NCBI GenBank assembly: GCA_024277065.1
Contig: JAJRVY010000060.1
Location: 9,486-73,485 of the forward strand
Origin: Planctomycetota bacterium
GTDB lineage: Bacteria; Planctomycetota; JAJSAM01; JAJVHW01
Length of the DNA: 64,000 nt
Reading direction: 5' to 3'
The number at the start of each line of letters is the position of its first letter. Positions within the stretch are counted from its first letter, which is position 1. The position numbers and the translations under genes were made by a program. The notes under the pieces are model-generated. The model was given only the letters and a program-made list of their open reading frames with translations, was not told the DNA's origin and did no database searches. Shown here piece by piece: positions 62,401 through 64,000 of this stretch.

Positions 62401-63124
62401 CGTCGCCGCGCCCGTCTACATCGCCGTGGACGAGCCGCCGTTCGATCCGGACGCGGTCGAGGCTGAGATCCAGTCCTTGCGCGATCGCCTCGGACGCATG
62501 GGCAACGTGAACCTCGAGGCGCTCGATCAGCTCGGATCCGTGGAGCAGGAGGCCACCGGTCTCGTCGCGCAGCTCGACGACCTGACGCGGTCGCGCGAGT
62601 CCCTCCTCGCGGCGATCAAGAAGATCGACACCGAGAGCCGCGAGCTCTTCACGACGACGTTCGAGGCCATCCGTGCCAACTTCAAGACCATGTTCCGGCG
62701 TCTCTTCGAGGGCGGCAAGGCCGACATCTACCTCGACGAGGGCCAGGACGTGCTCGAGGCCGGCATCGACATCGTCGCACGGCCCCCCGGCAAGGAGCCG
62801 CGCTCGATCTCGCTGCTCTCGGGCGGTGAGCGCACGATGACGGCCGTCGCCCTGCTCCTTGCGATCTACCAGTCCAAGCCCTCGCCGTTCTGCCTGCTCG
62901 ACGAGGTGGACGCCGCGCTCGACGAGGCCAACGTGGATCGCTTCGCGAGCGTCGTGCGCGAGTTCGCGGAAGAGAGCCAGTTCATCATCATCACGCACAA
63001 CAAGCGGACGATGAGCGCCGCCGACTCCATCTTCGGCGTCTCCATGCCCGAGCCCGGCGTCAGTCGCCGGTTGGCCGTGCGGCTCGACGAGGTCGGCGAC
63101 GACGGCCAGATCCTCGCGGCGTGA
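59435..63124 (+). CDS. smc: Chromosome segregation protein SMC, interrupted by one in-frame TAG at 61961-61963
   Basis: HGFKSFA, GPNGCGKSN (Walker A), hinge, coiled coil continuing in frame after the TAG, LSGGE, LDEVDAALD, ITH. Confidence 0.93.
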
Positions 63125-63260
63125 CCCGGAGCGGCGCCGCGTTCCTCCTGTCCACACCTTCTCCCGGCCACACCCTCTGATTCGCGTCGTCAGGTTCGAC
63201 GACCGCGAGCCGCGCTCCGCCTGCTCGCACGTGCCGCTCGCGCGCGCCGGAACGCGGCCG

Positions 63261-64000
63261 TCACTGCTTCTCCGGCGGGCCGAACGTCAGGGGGCACATC
63301 AACACCTCTTCGCGCGCCATCTGGATGTAGCGCTTCTGACGGTAGTGGGCGAAGAGCGCGGGGCCGGAGTACGGCGGGGGGCCGGGCGCCTCCATCGACT
63401 CCACCGCGAAGATCCCACCGAGCAGCCGCAGGCGCTGGGCGCAGCTCGTCTGCGCCTGACGCTTCAGGATCTTGCGCTGCATCTCCTCGTTCGGCCGCGT
63501 CTCGAAGCGTACGCCCGCCAGCGCCGGATGCGTCGGCTTCGCGCCGATCTCGATGCGCCCGGTGGCCGGCACGCCGAGTTCCGCGCGCGTCAGGAAGCGG
63601 ATGTCGAAGTCGTCCGTCATGACGAAGGCGCCGTCGTCGTGGTGCGGACACACGACCAGGACCTGAGGTTCGTCGGCGGTCGCGGCGAGTGGATGCGATT
63701 CGAGATCGCGGATCGGGTAGGAGAACTGCGTGCGGAAGCCCAGGCTCCTGTCGCGCGAGTCGGCGAGCGGGTCGGCCCGGCACCGCAGGCGCGAGACGAG
63801 TTGCTTGTCCTTCACCGTCATCAGCCTCGCGAGCAGCCAGCCCTCCTTGCGCGAATCGCCTGGCTTGAGGCTGCGTGCGACGCCGTACACGAACTCGCCG
63901 ACGCGCATGAGGTTGCCGCGGCACGTCCGTCGCACGTCGGCGTCGTCGCGGCGCTCCTTCGCACCGGCAGCCATCGGCGCAAGCGCGAGCGCGAGCGCGA
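63261..64000 (-). CDS. Partial (5' end beyond window) secreted pilin-like protein, apparent paralog of the gene at 2-274
   Basis: The frame continues upstream of ATG 63974 as ...ALALALAP. It contains RRTCRGNL and SYPIRD...CPHHDDG..DD..RFLTRAELG. Confidence 0.55.
   Translation of the reverse strand, partial: ALALALAPMAAGAKERRDDADVRRTCRGNLMRVGEFVYGVARSLKPGDSRKEGWLLARLMTVKDKQLVSRLRCRADPLADSRDRSLGFRTQFSYPIRDLESHPLAATADEPQVLVVCPHHDDGAFVMTDDFDIRFLTRAELGVPATGRIEIGAKPTHPALAGVRFETRPNEEMQRKILKRQAQTSCAQRLRLLGGIFAVESMEAPGPPPYSGPALFAHYRQKRYIQMAREEVLMCPLTFGPPEKQ

Noticed and set aside
62285-62445. Low-complexity insertion in the SMC C-terminal arm as an intein or extra domain
   Set aside because: Only about 50 aa, Ala/Pro/Glu-rich, with no splicing motifs; most likely a variable loop.

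Overview
High-GC bacterial chromosomal segment. The gene content suggests Planctomycetota (inference): a dcw cluster with no ftsA/ftsZ, a pilB-pilT-pilB-pilC block, H-X9-DG pilin-like proteins and an HTH/acidic/TM protein. In order: partial pilin-like gene; secreted protein; dnaE (-); HEAT lipoprotein; Cys-containing hypothetical; HNH-like gene; polytopic membrane protein (-); dcw cluster (mraZ rsmH ftsL ftsI murE murF mraY ftsW murG murC murB [91-aa orphan] ftsQ-like [605-aa membrane orphan], with no murD, ddl, ftsA or ftsZ); rplM rpsI yebC; ppdK (-); type IV pilus/T2SS motor cluster plus histidine kinase; TPR-metallopeptidase; RND efflux operon (-); radC; an unannotated micro-ORF plus oxidase subunit III/IV genes; hydrolase; metallophosphoesterase; yidC; nrdR-[NrdD-like]-[NrdG-like]-smc; and a second partial pilin-like gene. 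The most unusual signal is a translationally coupled nrdR / NrdD-fold / radical-SAM operon. Its NrdD-like protein keeps two ATP-cones and the barrel motifs but has lost the catalytic cysteine motifs, the Zn ribbon and the glycyl-radical loop. Two genes (smc and the TPR-peptidase) each carry one in-frame TAG, most plausibly part of a G>T/C>A error pattern. I saw no rRNA, tRNA, CRISPR array or transposase. All calls are by motif recognition only; no searches were run.
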